DNA of 64,000 nucleotides from the NCBI GenBank assembly GCA_963666205.1, contig OY762654.1, positions 383,899 to 447,898 on the forward strand, given 5' to 3'. Positions 53,305 to 62,607 of the stretch are shown in pieces; the first letter of the stretch is position 1; every line of letters begins with the position of its first letter. Below the pieces are notes generated by a model, which did not search any database, was not told where the DNA came from, and worked only from the letters and a program-made list of their open reading frames with translations. The translations under genes and the position numbers were made by a program. The DNA comes from Synergistales bacterium (GTDB lineage Bacteria > Synergistota > Synergistia > Synergistales > JAFGMB01).

Positions 53305-55065
53305 TTATTCCTTCCTTACAGGTTCGGCATAAATAGGCAGGCTTATTTCGAACTCTGCTCCATTCTCATATCTTAAGAGCTCTATTTCACCACCATGACC
53401 TTCAATTATTCTTTTGGTAATGGAAAGGCCCAGACCATACCCGCCTTTGCCCCAATCACCCCGGGCTCTGTGAGAATCACCGCGCTGAAAGCGCTCGAAT
53501 ATCTTTCCGACCGATTCGGCCGTTATTCCAACTCCATTATCAGAAATTCTTATCTTCCAGTAACTCCCGGAATTATATACCCGGATATTTATCCTACCTC
53601 CCTGGATGGCCCCAAACTTCTCCCGTACATATTTTATAGAATTATCAAGTATATTGCTTAAGGCTCGAACAAGGTCTGTAGATCTTCCCATAACATAGAC
53701 TTCCTCAGCTATGTCACTTATGATCTCTATTTCTTGTGCGAAAGGATGCCTGCAAATATCGTTTACCAGAGAAGTGACCATCTGCCCCAGATCGATTCGT
53801 TCCCAATCCCTGCCCGTAGGCTGACTCTCTATTCTAGATAGTAGGAGCAGATCATCCACCAGTTTTGACATTCTCTCCTGCTGCTCAATAATTATAGAAA
53901 GATACTTTGATGCTTCTTTATGTTCCTGGAGTTCATCCAAAAGATATTCTGCTGTGACTCGAACTGTCGTCAGAGGCGTCTGAAGTTCGTGACTGGCATC
54001 TGCGATGAAGGTCCGCCTGGCCTGCTCCAGTTTTCTCTCTTCTGTAAGATCTGTAATTACAAGAAGCATTCCGGCACCGGTAGGAATCGCGGAAACCCTG
54101 AGATATAGACTTCCTCTCTCTGGAAGTTCAAGATAAGAAACTACCGCACTATCCTTAACCTGTTCCACAAGATTGAAAAGCTGACCGGAGGGCAGTATCC
54201 TTTCGACATACATCCCTTCTGAAACATCCTTTCTCAGGGCAAGGAAGTCCTTTGCAAGTTCATTTATGTACCTTACTCTTTTCTCCCGGTCCAGCAGAAT
54301 AACACCAATAGGCATGGAAGTTACAATACGGCTGAGTTCCTCCCGCTCACCCCTGAGTTGCTCAAGGGCTCTCTGCATATTTGATGACATCAGGTCGAGA
54401 GAGTTGGACAATCTCTGAAGTTCCATGTTTTTCATTATGGGGAAATGTCCCCTTTCCCCATCGGCGATCCTGCAGGAAACATCAATAATATTTTCAAGGG
54501 GATGGAAGAAATGCCTGATCACCCAGAATTCCAGAAGGATGATAACAGCAATTAAAATAATAAGGTAAAGAAACAGGCTTTTTCTGGATTGAGTCAGCGC
54601 TCTATTTAGAGTCTGAAGTGGAGAGGATATTCTTATCACAAAAGGACTGGAATCAACTTTTATACCTTTAGCCACATACAGTAAATCCGCGTTCAGAGAA
54701 CGGCTATATCTTATACTTGTACCAAATCCCTCGGAAAAAGCATAACTTATCTCAGGGCGGTTCCCATGATTATCCAGAGTGGAAATATCAGTATCAGAAT
54801 CGGCGATGACCTTGCCACTTACGTCTATGACTGAAAGTCTGCCATTTATCATTTCTCTCCAGTTCTCGACATTTCTGACCAGAGAATCAAGTCCATTGTT
54901 TTCAAGATATGACCCAATGGCCTGAACCTGCCTTGTAAGCTCTGATCTGGACTCATCGATAATACTTTTTTTCAGGATTCCTGAGAGCATAAACCAGCTA
55001 GCACCAAAGGCCAATAGTGTAACAAGGGCGAAAACTCCCATGACCTTGGTTTTTAGAGTATTCAT
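53305..55065 (-). CDS. phoR: Phosphate regulon sensor histidine kinase
   Basis: Two TMs, HAMP, PAS, H-box FIADASHELQTPLT, N/G boxes DNGVG and GYGLGL; in pst operon. Confidence 0.9.
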   Translation of the reverse strand: MNTLKTKVMGVFALVTLLAFGASWFMLSGILKKSIIDESRSELTRQVQAIGSYLENNGLDSLVRNVENWREMINGRLSVIDVSGKVIADSDTDISTLDNHGNRPEISYAFSEGFGTSIRYSRSLNADLLYVAKGIKVDSSPFVIRISSPLQTLNRALTQSRKSLFLYLIILIAVIILLEFWVIRHFFHPLENIIDVSCRIADGERGHFPIMKNMELQRLSNSLDLMSSNMQRALEQLRGEREELSRIVTSMPIGVILLDREKRVRYINELAKDFLALRKDVSEGMYVERILPSGQLFNLVEQVKDSAVVSYLELPERGSLYLRVSAIPTGAGMLLVITDLTEERKLEQARRTFIADASHELQTPLTTVRVTAEYLLDELQEHKEASKYLSIIIEQQERMSKLVDDLLLLSRIESQPTGRDWERIDLGQMVTSLVNDICRHPFAQEIEIISDIAEEVYVMGRSTDLVRALSNILDNSIKYVREKFGAIQGGRINIRVYNSGSYWKIRISDNGVGITAESVGKIFERFQRGDSHRARGDWGKGGYGLGLSITKRIIEGHGGEIELLRYENGAEFEISLPIYAEPVRKE

Positions 55066-55069
55066 AGAC

Positions 55070-55762
55070 TTATTCCTCCCAACTCAGCCGATAGCCTCGC
55101 CCACGAAAAGCCTGGATTAATGGTTTAGGTCTTCCTCCATCATCAAGCTTATGTCTCAATCTGGAAACATGGACATCTACGGTTCGGGTATCTCCACCAA
55201 AAAGTCCCCAGATCTTTGCAAGAAGTTCTTCTCTGGATACGATCCTTCCAGGTTTTTTTGCCAATACTGCAAGAAGCTGATACTCCGTGGGACTAAGGTC
55301 AATTATTTGATCCCTCAGAGATACTGTTTCTTCTTCTAGATCTATTTCTATCTGTCCATTGGTCAGGATCTTACTCAGATCCCTGCCCCTGGTTCTGCGC
55401 AAGAGAGCCTTAACCCTTGCAATGAGCTCTACAAGGGAAAAAGGTTTTTTTATATAGTCATCTGCCCCAAGATTCAACCCTTCGACAACATCCCTTTCTT
55501 CACGCCTCGCTGTCAGCATTATCAGGGGGATATTCCGGGTCTCATCTTCGCGTTTCAATCTCCTGCATACTTCCCAGCCATCCATCTTTGGAAGCATTAT
55601 GTCAAGAATAATAATATCAGGATGAAGTGAATATGCCATCTCAAGAGCACTATCACCATTGTTGGCTGTACTGACTTCAAAACCATGCCTCTTCATAGCC
55701 TGAGAAACTACTTCAAGAATGGCTTCCTCATCTTCAACAACGAGAATTCTCTCATTCGGCAT
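55070..55762 (-). CDS. phoB: OmpR-family response regulator PhoB/PhoP
   Basis: VVEDE, LDIMLP, GADDYIKKPF, RTVDVHVSRLR, RGRGY. Confidence 0.9.
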   Translation of the reverse strand: MPNERILVVEDEEAILEVVSQAMKRHGFEVSTANNGDSALEMAYSLHPDIIILDIMLPKMDGWEVCRRLKREDETRNIPLIMLTARREERDVVEGLNLGADDYIKKPFSLVELIARVKALLRRTRGRDLSKILTNGQIEIDLEEETVSLRDQIIDLSPTEYQLLAVLAKKPGRIVSREELLAKIWGLFGGDTRTVDVHVSRLRHKLDDGGRPKPLIQAFRGRGYRLSWEE

Positions 55763-55773
55763 AAACTTTCCTC

Positions 55774-56469
55774 CTATTCCCCATAAGGAAGGGGTCTTCT
55801 GAAGGACGAAGCTGAAGTTATCTCACCTGTGAAGATGTAGAATACCCTCTCTGCAACGTTAGTAATATGATCACCTGCACGTTCGAGATTCCTTGCTACA
55901 ACGAATAGGGTTGAAGCCTGTTCGATCCTGTTTGTATTCTCCATCATCATAAGGACGAGTTCCCGAAGGATCTGTTTTTCCAGATCGTCGACTTCATCAT
56001 CCATGATAAATACTTCCCTGGCAATCCCGAGATTGCCCGAATCAAGGGCCTCCATGGATTTCTCGAGCATTGATGACACCATTTGCTGCATCCTTGGAAT
56101 ATCTATCAGAGGTTTAATAAGTTGCTCGTCCGACAGTTTAATCGCAACCTTTGCTATGCTGGAACCATAGTCACCCAGGCGCTCAATATCTCCAGCTATG
56201 TACATACAGGAAGAAACAGTACGAAGATCTTCTCCAAGAGGTTGAAACCTGACGATGAATTTAAGACAGTCATTTTCTATTTCATACCTGAGCTGGTCAA
56301 TGTGATCATCATTTTTAATAACTAACTTAGCTGTTTCGATATCCTGAGTCTTAAGGGACCATACTGCTTTGGCCAGAGATTCGTCTGACATTTTACCCAG
56401 TTTCAGTATTTTTCTTTTTATCTCACTGATAGATTCTTCGAGATGCGCTCTTGTATTTATCTCCACCAT
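55774..56469 (-). CDS. phoU: Phosphate signalling protein PhoU
   Basis: Two repeats DD.ID/DD.VD and ER.GD; QPLGEDLR. Confidence 0.95.
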   Translation of the reverse strand: MVEINTRAHLEESISEIKRKILKLGKMSDESLAKAVWSLKTQDIETAKLVIKNDDHIDQLRYEIENDCLKFIVRFQPLGEDLRTVSSCMYIAGDIERLGDYGSSIAKVAIKLSDEQLIKPLIDIPRMQQMVSSMLEKSMEALDSGNLGIAREVFIMDDEVDDLEKQILRELVLMMMENTNRIEQASTLFVVARNLERAGDHITNVAERVFYIFTGEITSASSFRRPLPYGE

Positions 56470-56481
56470 GATAATTCACTC

Positions 56482-57243
56482 CTAACCGAATCTTCCGGTA
56501 ATATAGTCTTCTGTCCGCTTGTCATTAGGACTGGTAAACATATCTGGAGTAGGCCCATATTCCACCAAATCACCAAGAAGGAAAAATGCAGTATAGTCCG
56601 AAATACGGGCAGCCTGCTGCATGTTGTGTGTCACGATCACAACCGTATAGTCTTCTTTGATCTGCCGGATCAGTTCCTCGATCTTTGCAGTAGCAAGGGG
56701 GTCCAGGGCACTGGTGGGCTCATCCATCAGGACAACGTCCGGATTTGTAGCAATAGTTCTGGCTATACAGAGTCGCTGCTGCTGACCGCCAGATAGACCA
56801 AGTCCTGAACTTCGGAGTTTCTCCTTCACCTCGTCCCAGAGGGCTGCGCCCTTGATACTCTTCTCAACAATCTCGTCAAGTTTAGTTTTATCCTTCAGAC
56901 CGTGAATTTTGGGACCATAGGCAACATTCTCATAAATTGTCATGGGGAAAGGGTTAGGCTTCTGGAATACCATTCCCACATCCCTCCTGAGAGTGATAAC
57001 ATCTGTAGATCTTGCATATATATCCTGGCCTTGAATAAATATATCACCCTTGATCTTCGCTCCTCTGACAAAATCATTCATCCGGTTCAGACACCTCAGG
57101 AAACTGCTTTTCCCGCATCCTGAAGGTCCTATGAGGGCAGTAACCTTGTTACGTCGGATATCCATGTTAATGTTTTTTAAAACATGATGATCTCCATAAT
57201 AAAGATCCAGGTTTCTGACCTTGATGAGCATATCATTTTCCAT
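56482..57243 (-). CDS. pstB: Phosphate ABC transporter ATPase
   Basis: [38 protein letters not shown]; start at ATG 57243. Confidence 0.97.
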   Translation of the reverse strand: MENDMLIKVRNLDLYYGDHHVLKNINMDIRRNKVTALIGPSGCGKSSFLRCLNRMNDFVRGAKIKGDIFIQGQDIYARSTDVITLRRDVGMVFQKPNPFPMTIYENVAYGPKIHGLKDKTKLDEIVEKSIKGAALWDEVKEKLRSSGLGLSGGQQQRLCIARTIATNPDVVLMDEPTSALDPLATAKIEELIRQIKEDYTVVIVTHNMQQAARISDYTAFFLLGDLVEYGPTPDMFTSPNDKRTEDYITGRFG

Positions 57244-57267
57244 GAATCTATCTCCTTCATTCAAAGG

Positions 57268-58119
57268 CTATCGAGTCGCCTTACGGTAGTGATTTCTCAT
57301 GATAATCCCAATTGTGCTTATACCCAGAACAAGGGCCAGGAGAACAAGAACGGTTCCATACTGAATATGCCGTGTTTCATTTATATGGGTACCTGCAGTT
57401 GCCAGGACAAGAATGTGATAGGGAAGAGCCATAATTTCATCGAAAAGGCTTCTGGCATAGCCGGGTGTAAAAAAGGCAGCTCCTGTGAATATTATTGGCG
57501 CAGTCTCACCAGCTACCCGCCCTATACTCAATATAGCCCCGGTAATTATTGTGGGCATTGCTGCTGGGAGTACAACCTTGTATATTGTCTGCCACTTGGT
57601 GGCTCCAAGAGCATATGACCCATCCCTGTAATCCCGTGGTACTGCAAGGAAAGCCTGTTCTGCAGATGTTATTATCAGGGGAAGAGCGAGACATGCCAGA
57701 GTAAGGCTGGCCGAGAGGAGAGAAGAACCGAATTTAAATAGAATAACAAAAAGAGATAAACCGAAAAGACCGAAAACAACAGAGGGAACTCCGGCCAGAC
57801 AACGGATGGCCAGTCTGAGAATATGTGTAAAGGTACCGTCAGTAGAATACTCTGCAAAAAACAGACCGGTTGAAATCCCTATCGGTAAGGCAAAGATCAT
57901 GGAAACCAGAATAAGCTGTAAGGTTCCTACAAGAGGGGTACTGATACCACCCTTTGTCATGCTCTCTCTTGGCGGCTGGGTGATAAACTCCCAGGAGATG
58001 GCAGACCACCCTCGGTAAGAGACGTATGCAACCACAGAAATGACCAATAGTACAAGGCTGATCGCACATATCCAGAGTATAACAGTCATTAATCTGTCAA
58101 TTCCTCTTCTGAATGTCAT
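57268..58119 (-). CDS. pstA: Phosphate ABC transporter permease PstA
   Basis: LAGVPSVVFGLFG, SYALGATKWQT, GETAP. Confidence 0.95.
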   Translation of the reverse strand: MTFRRGIDRLMTVILWICAISLVLLVISVVAYVSYRGWSAISWEFITQPPRESMTKGGISTPLVGTLQLILVSMIFALPIGISTGLFFAEYSTDGTFTHILRLAIRCLAGVPSVVFGLFGLSLFVILFKFGSSLLSASLTLACLALPLIITSAEQAFLAVPRDYRDGSYALGATKWQTIYKVVLPAAMPTIITGAILSIGRVAGETAPIIFTGAAFFTPGYARSLFDEIMALPYHILVLATAGTHINETRHIQYGTVLVLLALVLGISTIGIIMRNHYRKATR

Positions 58120-58985
58120 ACCTTTTCCAACCTCCCTTTTTTTTCAACCCAGATCGAAACAAGATTGATGACAAGGGTCATTACAAGAAGTATTAGTCCT
58201 GCAAAGAAAAGTGAATGGTAATGTATCGACCCCACGGGAGTTTCTCCCATCTCCGCAGCAATTGTAGAAGTCAGAGGTCTAACAGGGTCAAAGATGGATA
58301 CAGGAATAATAGCAGCTCCACCAGCTGCCATGAGAACTACCATGGTTTCGCCCAATCCCCTCATGATACCAAGGAGAGCCCCGCTCATTATTCCTGGAAG
58401 TGCATATGGAACAACAACTTTCCAAATGGTTTCCCACCTGGTCGAGCCAAGAGCATAGGCTGCATCTCTTAGCTCCCTGGGAACAGAACTAAGGCTTTCC
58501 TCCGCCAGAGAACTTACTATTGGAAGTACCATTATGCCCAGAAGCAGGGCTGCATTAAAAAGGTTGAGCCCTGAAATAAGAACAAATTTTTCCTGCAGCC
58601 ACGGAGCGATCAGGATCATACCGATAAATCCCAGGATAATAGACGGGAGGAAACCCAGGATCTCAAGCACAGGTTTCATAATTTCATGCATCCAGTCAGG
58701 GGCGACTTCAGCGATAAAAATAGCAACAAAGAGACTTACAGGTAAAGCTAATACAGAGGAAGCCAGGGTAACACTTATTGAACCGGCTATGAGGGAAAGC
58801 ATACCCAGGGTAGGTGGTTCCTCCGCTGGATACCAGTATTTTCCCATAAGAAGATCCCCAATTGTAACTTCTGAAAGTACAGGTAAACCTTCCTTGACAA
58901 GAAAGAACAGGATGAAAACCATTACCACGATCCCGATACTTGAAATGGATTGAATAATGGCTGCAGGGATCTTGTCGTTTTTCAT
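58116..58985 (-). CDS. pstC: Phosphate ABC transporter permease PstC
   Basis: LPSIILG, AYALGSTRWET, RGLGETM. Confidence 0.95.
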   Translation of the reverse strand: MKNDKIPAAIIQSISSIGIVVMVFILFFLVKEGLPVLSEVTIGDLLMGKYWYPAEEPPTLGMLSLIAGSISVTLASSVLALPVSLFVAIFIAEVAPDWMHEIMKPVLEILGFLPSIILGFIGMILIAPWLQEKFVLISGLNLFNAALLLGIMVLPIVSSLAEESLSSVPRELRDAAYALGSTRWETIWKVVVPYALPGIMSGALLGIMRGLGETMVVLMAAGGAAIIPVSIFDPVRPLTSTIAAEMGETPVGSIHYHSLFFAGLILLVMTLVINLVSIWVEKKGRLEKV

Positions 58986-59008
58986 CTACTCACACCCTTT
59001 TAAAAGGA

Positions 59009-59063
59009 TTACAACCTGCCAGACCGATAAACTAAAATATCTCAAGGGTTTGGCAGGCTGTAA
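59009..59063 (-). other. Stem-loop between pstS and pstC (mRNA stabilising/attenuating)
   Basis: 17-bp near-perfect inverted repeat TTACAGCCTGCCAAACC/GGTCTGGCAGGTTGTAA with 21-nt loop. Confidence 0.7.
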
Positions 59064-59117
59064 CATTTATGGAACTTTCTGACTATTCTCAGTTTAATCC
59101 CTGATGGTTATTTCTGA

Positions 59118-59930
59118 TCAGTGTAATGGCACGTAACCAGTCCCTGCTACAATATCCTGACCGGAATCGCTTAGAAGAAAATTGATGAAGTTGAGGGTGT
59201 CAGCCTCGGGCCAGCCCTTCGTAAACATATAGAGATAGCGGGATACGGGATATTTTCCATTAAGGGCTGTCTCATTGGAACCCATTACACCTTCGACCTT
59301 AAGAGCTTTGACAGTCTCGTTAAGATATCCAAGACCGATATATCCTATAGCAAGCTTGTTCTGGGCTACAGTCTGTACCATAGCACCGTTGGAGGCAACG
59401 ATAAGAGCTCTTTCACTAACCCGCTCCTTACCCATTATCTTTGTTTCCCAGGTCTCATAGGTTCCGGAACTGGTATCCCGTCCTACAACTGCGATAGCCA
59501 TGGAAGGACCACCGACCTCTTTCCAGTTCTTGATCTCTCCGGTATAGATCTTTCTGAGCTGCTCCGGAGTAAGATCGGTAACCGGGTTAGATGGATGTAC
59601 AACAGGAAGCAGCGCATCCATTGCTACAGCAAAGGGTACCGGGTAAACACCTTTTTCGAAAGCTGCCTGGACTTCCTTCTCTTTGATAAAACGGGAAGCA
59701 TCTGCAATATCGGTTGACCCATCAATGATAGCCTTGATACCGTTTCCACTGCCACCGCCAGAAACAGTAATCTTAGTATCGGGATTAGCCTCCATATACT
59801 TTTCTGCTGCAGCCTGGGCTATCGGCAGAACGGTTGTCGAACCTTTGATGACCACCTCTCCTGCAAAAGCTATTCCTGAAATTGCCATAACCATGGTTAC
59901 AAGTGCAAAAACTGACATTAATTTCTTCAT
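59118..59930 (-). CDS. pstS: Phosphate ABC transporter substrate-binding protein
   Basis: Signal peptide MKKLMSVFALV..AFA, GSTTV, GGGSGNG, SSGT; start ATG 59930 behind GGAGGT. Confidence 0.95.
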   Translation of the reverse strand: MKKLMSVFALVTMVMAISGIAFAGEVVIKGSTTVLPIAQAAAEKYMEANPDTKITVSGGGSGNGIKAIIDGSTDIADASRFIKEKEVQAAFEKGVYPVPFAVAMDALLPVVHPSNPVTDLTPEQLRKIYTGEIKNWKEVGGPSMAIAVVGRDTSSGTYETWETKIMGKERVSERALIVASNGAMVQTVAQNKLAIGYIGLGYLNETVKALKVEGVMGSNETALNGKYPVSRYLYMFTKGWPEADTLNFINFLLSDSGQDIVAGTGYVPLH

Positions 59931-59988
59931 TGCCTGAAAGACCTCCTTTGATTTTGTCTCTTGGGACAATGTGTAGTTTAAAGGCCTT

Positions 59989-60030
59989 ATGTAACAATAA
60001 TATTCCGGGAAAGTAACGGATATGTAACAA
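59989..60030 (-). promoter_or_regulatory. Probable Pho box
   Basis: GTTAC direct repeats (plus-strand GTAAC at 59991, 60013, 60024) in 11-bp phase upstream of pstS. Confidence 0.65.
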
Positions 60031-60496
60031 TTGTTTACAGATCGTGGATTTACACATCTGGATAAGATATTCCTTATAAGGAGGATCAGGCTCAATATAA
60101 GACCATCATTGCAAAAGACTGACAGCTAAAGAATGCCTTATATGAACCCGCAGACTCTTCCTTCAGATCTCTTGACAGTTAGCCTTACCATTAAAAAAGG
60201 AATAGCCTGACATTTATCTCAGGAAAAGAATTGTGATGTATTACCTTACCGATAAGTTTGAATATACTGATATGCAATCTATCGTAAAAATCTGTTTGAA
60301 TATGTTGGAAACAACCTGGTGAGGTAGAATTGAATTCCGTTATTGTTGGTTTCAGAGTTATAATTTATTTATCATTTCCATTAAATCTGATTAAAGTTGC
60401 TCCATCATACTATGGATGTTGCATCAACCATGATATCTTCAACAAGAAAGCATAGAACATTATGGACAGATACATTAGAGAAGCACAGGAGGGATA

Positions 60497-61723
60497 TTGA
60501 TGATCACAAGGCCTTTGATTGAAAGAATATTTTCCGCTGCCAGTATTGAACGATGGAATGATCATCCAAGACCTATACAGTTCAGTGAAATGGCAAAACA
60601 GGCCCATAAATTTATCATAGCCTACGTAATCGCAAAGTATGAAGAAAAAGAAAATAACACGAAGATCGACTGGATAATGCTTATCGAAGGGGGTATTTTT
60701 GAATTCCTTCACCGCGTTGTTGTTACTGATATAAAACCGCCGGTTTTTCATAAACTGATGGAAAAAAAGGAACAGAGAGATAAATTGAATGAATGGGTTC
60801 TTGAAAAACATCTTAAGAAGGATCTCAGCCTTATTTCAGGAGATATATACTCCAGATTCTACAAATATCTGTATGTCGATGATACTGTTATTGAAAAAAA
60901 GATACTGAGTGCTGCTCACTATCTCGCAACTAAGTGGGAATTTGATTTCATCTATGACTGGAGCAGAAGACTATACGGTATTGAAAACACAAAAAAGGAA
61001 ATTAACAGCCAGATAAATGAACACAGGGATCTGAAGGCCGTAGAGCAGATGCTCGCCAGCAGGGAATTACCGGACAATAAAAAGGGTTTGTACGGTTTTA
61101 TTGCAATGGTAGGACAATTAAGATTTCAAAAGAGATGGGCACAGACTCCACGGATCCCACAGACTTCAGTTCTTGGCCATCTGCTTTTTGTGGCAGTTCT
61201 TTCCTATTTCATATCCCTTGATATAGGGGCCTGCAAGAATCGCAGATATAATGATTTTTATGGCGGACTCTTCCATGACCTACCAGAAGTATTGACAAGA
61301 GATATTATTTCACCTGTAAAAAAATCTGTAGAAGGACTGGATGAACTGATCAAATCATACGAAAAGGAATTGGTTGAAAAACAGATCTTTCCCCTTGTCC
61401 CTTCTTCATGGCAGGAGGAACTCAGATACTTCATCGAGGATGAATTCTCCAACAAAATATATATCGACAGAAATAAAATAATGTCAGGAATTTCTGGAGG
61501 AGAAATGATGGAACTCTATAATGAAGACAAGTGGAATCCTATCGATGGTGAAATAATAGAGGCATGTGATAAACTGGCCGCCTTTATTGAAGCATCCACT
61601 TCTATAAATATAGGCATTAACTCCCCTGCACTTGAAGAAGGGCGGAAGGGACTGTACGCAAGATTCGGACAATCTGATTTATGTGGGTTCCCCATAGGAG
61701 AATTATTCGGTTTTTTCCAATAG
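60497..61723 (+). CDS. Tandem HD-domain protein (YfbR/COG1896-like)
   Basis: Two collinear repeats: RWNDH..AH..EFLH.V.TDIKPPV and RWAQT..GH..FHDLPEVLTRDIISPVK..CDKLAA; RBS AGGAGG. Confidence 0.85.
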   Translation: MMITRPLIERIFSAASIERWNDHPRPIQFSEMAKQAHKFIIAYVIAKYEEKENNTKIDWIMLIEGGIFEFLHRVVVTDIKPPVFHKLMEKKEQRDKLNEWVLEKHLKKDLSLISGDIYSRFYKYLYVDDTVIEKKILSAAHYLATKWEFDFIYDWSRRLYGIENTKKEINSQINEHRDLKAVEQMLASRELPDNKKGLYGFIAMVGQLRFQKRWAQTPRIPQTSVLGHLLFVAVLSYFISLDIGACKNRRYNDFYGGLFHDLPEVLTRDIISPVKKSVEGLDELIKSYEKELVEKQIFPLVPSSWQEELRYFIEDEFSNKIYIDRNKIMSGISGGEMMELYNEDKWNPIDGEIIEACDKLAAFIEASTSINIGINSPALEEGRKGLYARFGQSDLCGFPIGELFGFFQ

Positions 61724-61749
61724 TTCCAGATATTGAGAACGTAAATTAT

Positions 61750-61806
61750 GACCAAACGAACCCTACTCCCAGATAAAACTGATCACGGGTTCGTTTGGTC
61801 TTTATT
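61750..61806 (+). terminator. Hairpin/terminator between convergent HD gene and speD
   Basis: Perfect 14-bp IR GACCAAACGAACCC/GGGTTCGTTTGGTC with 23-nt loop, then TTTATT. Confidence 0.7.
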
Positions 61807-61857
61807 CACAATTATCGGGATAAGATTACTTCGGTGTAAAATCTGATTTAATAAATA

Positions 61858-62280
61858 TCACTGATGTTTATGACTGTTCTTTCTTCGGCTTTCTTCCCAT
61901 GTAATGAAGGAGTGATAATATTCTTTATCTCCATCATCATCCAGACCCCGCGTTATTTCTGTAATGTGAGTATGTGTGGATCTGACCTGTTCAATGACAT
62001 ATTCGACAGCAACTTCCGGCATACTATGCTCTCCACATGTATAAATATCAAGGGCCATGTAGTTTGCTTCCGGCCAGGTATGAATAGATAGGTGAGACTC
62101 GCTGATCACCACAACACCGCTAACGCCATTCGGCGGAAAGCAATGAAAGGAAACAGACCAGACCTGAGTGTTGGCTTTTCTGGCTGCATCTACAAGGATC
62201 TTCTGCATTTCCTGAACATTCCCTATTACTTCTGAGCAGCCTGAAGCCTCCACTATAAAATGGTAACCCTTGGGTGACAT
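61858..62280 (-). CDS. speD: Pyruvoyl-dependent S-adenosylmethionine decarboxylase proenzyme (class 1B)
   Basis: GVSGVVVISESHLSIHTWPE (E-S self-cleavage site), DIYTCG. Confidence 0.88.
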   Translation of the reverse strand: MSPKGYHFIVEASGCSEVIGNVQEMQKILVDAARKANTQVWSVSFHCFPPNGVSGVVVISESHLSIHTWPEANYMALDIYTCGEHSMPEVAVEYVIEQVRSTHTHITEITRGLDDDGDKEYYHSFITWEESRRKNSHKHQ

Positions 62281-62356
62281 TTACCATCCTCCTTGCCAAA
62301 AATATTCATAGCACAAAATCCAGTTAATATTACACCACTCAACTCGAATCTCCAAG

Positions 62357-62391
62357 AAAAAACCGTCCCAGGATATACCTGGGACGGTTTT
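62357..62391 (-). terminator. Intrinsic terminator after tRNA-Ala
   Basis: AAAACCGTCCCAGG-N5-CCTGGGACGGTTTT. Confidence 0.85.
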
Positions 62392-62403
62392 ATATCTCTA
62401 AAA

Positions 62404-62479
<76 letters not shown>

Positions 62480-62497
62480 ACGCGATGCGACCCGACA

Positions 62498-62526
62498 ATT
62501 ATATGGATCATGTCTACTGTTGTCAA
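62498..62526 (-). promoter_or_regulatory. Consensus sigma70 promoter of tRNA-Ala
   Basis: TTGACA-17 bp-TATAAT on minus strand. Confidence 0.85.
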
Positions 62527-62607
62527 CACCTGAAAAATATTTGCTTCATGGAATCTAAGATGAGAAAATGACTCAAGTATAATTTTATGTTTCGGAGGAT
62601 CCAAAAC

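Noticed and set aside
59931..60095. N-terminal extension of pstS in the ORF track
   Set aside because: Covers the promoter/Pho box; the signal peptide starts at ATG 59930 behind GGAGGT
60060..60496. Long AT-rich intergenic region as possible ncRNA or CRISPR array
   Set aside because: No regularly spaced repeats, stable structure or credible ORF visible by eye
53126..61800. pho/pst-HD block as an island integrated at tRNA-Glu (10-bp match CACGGGTTCG near 61784)
   Set aside because: Match is short, is part of a terminator arm and does not include the tRNA 3' end; no integrase present
59009..61800. Shared GATAAA(A)CT in the loops of the hairpins at 59009-59063 and 61750-61800
   Set aside because: Short AT-rich match with unrelated stems; probably chance
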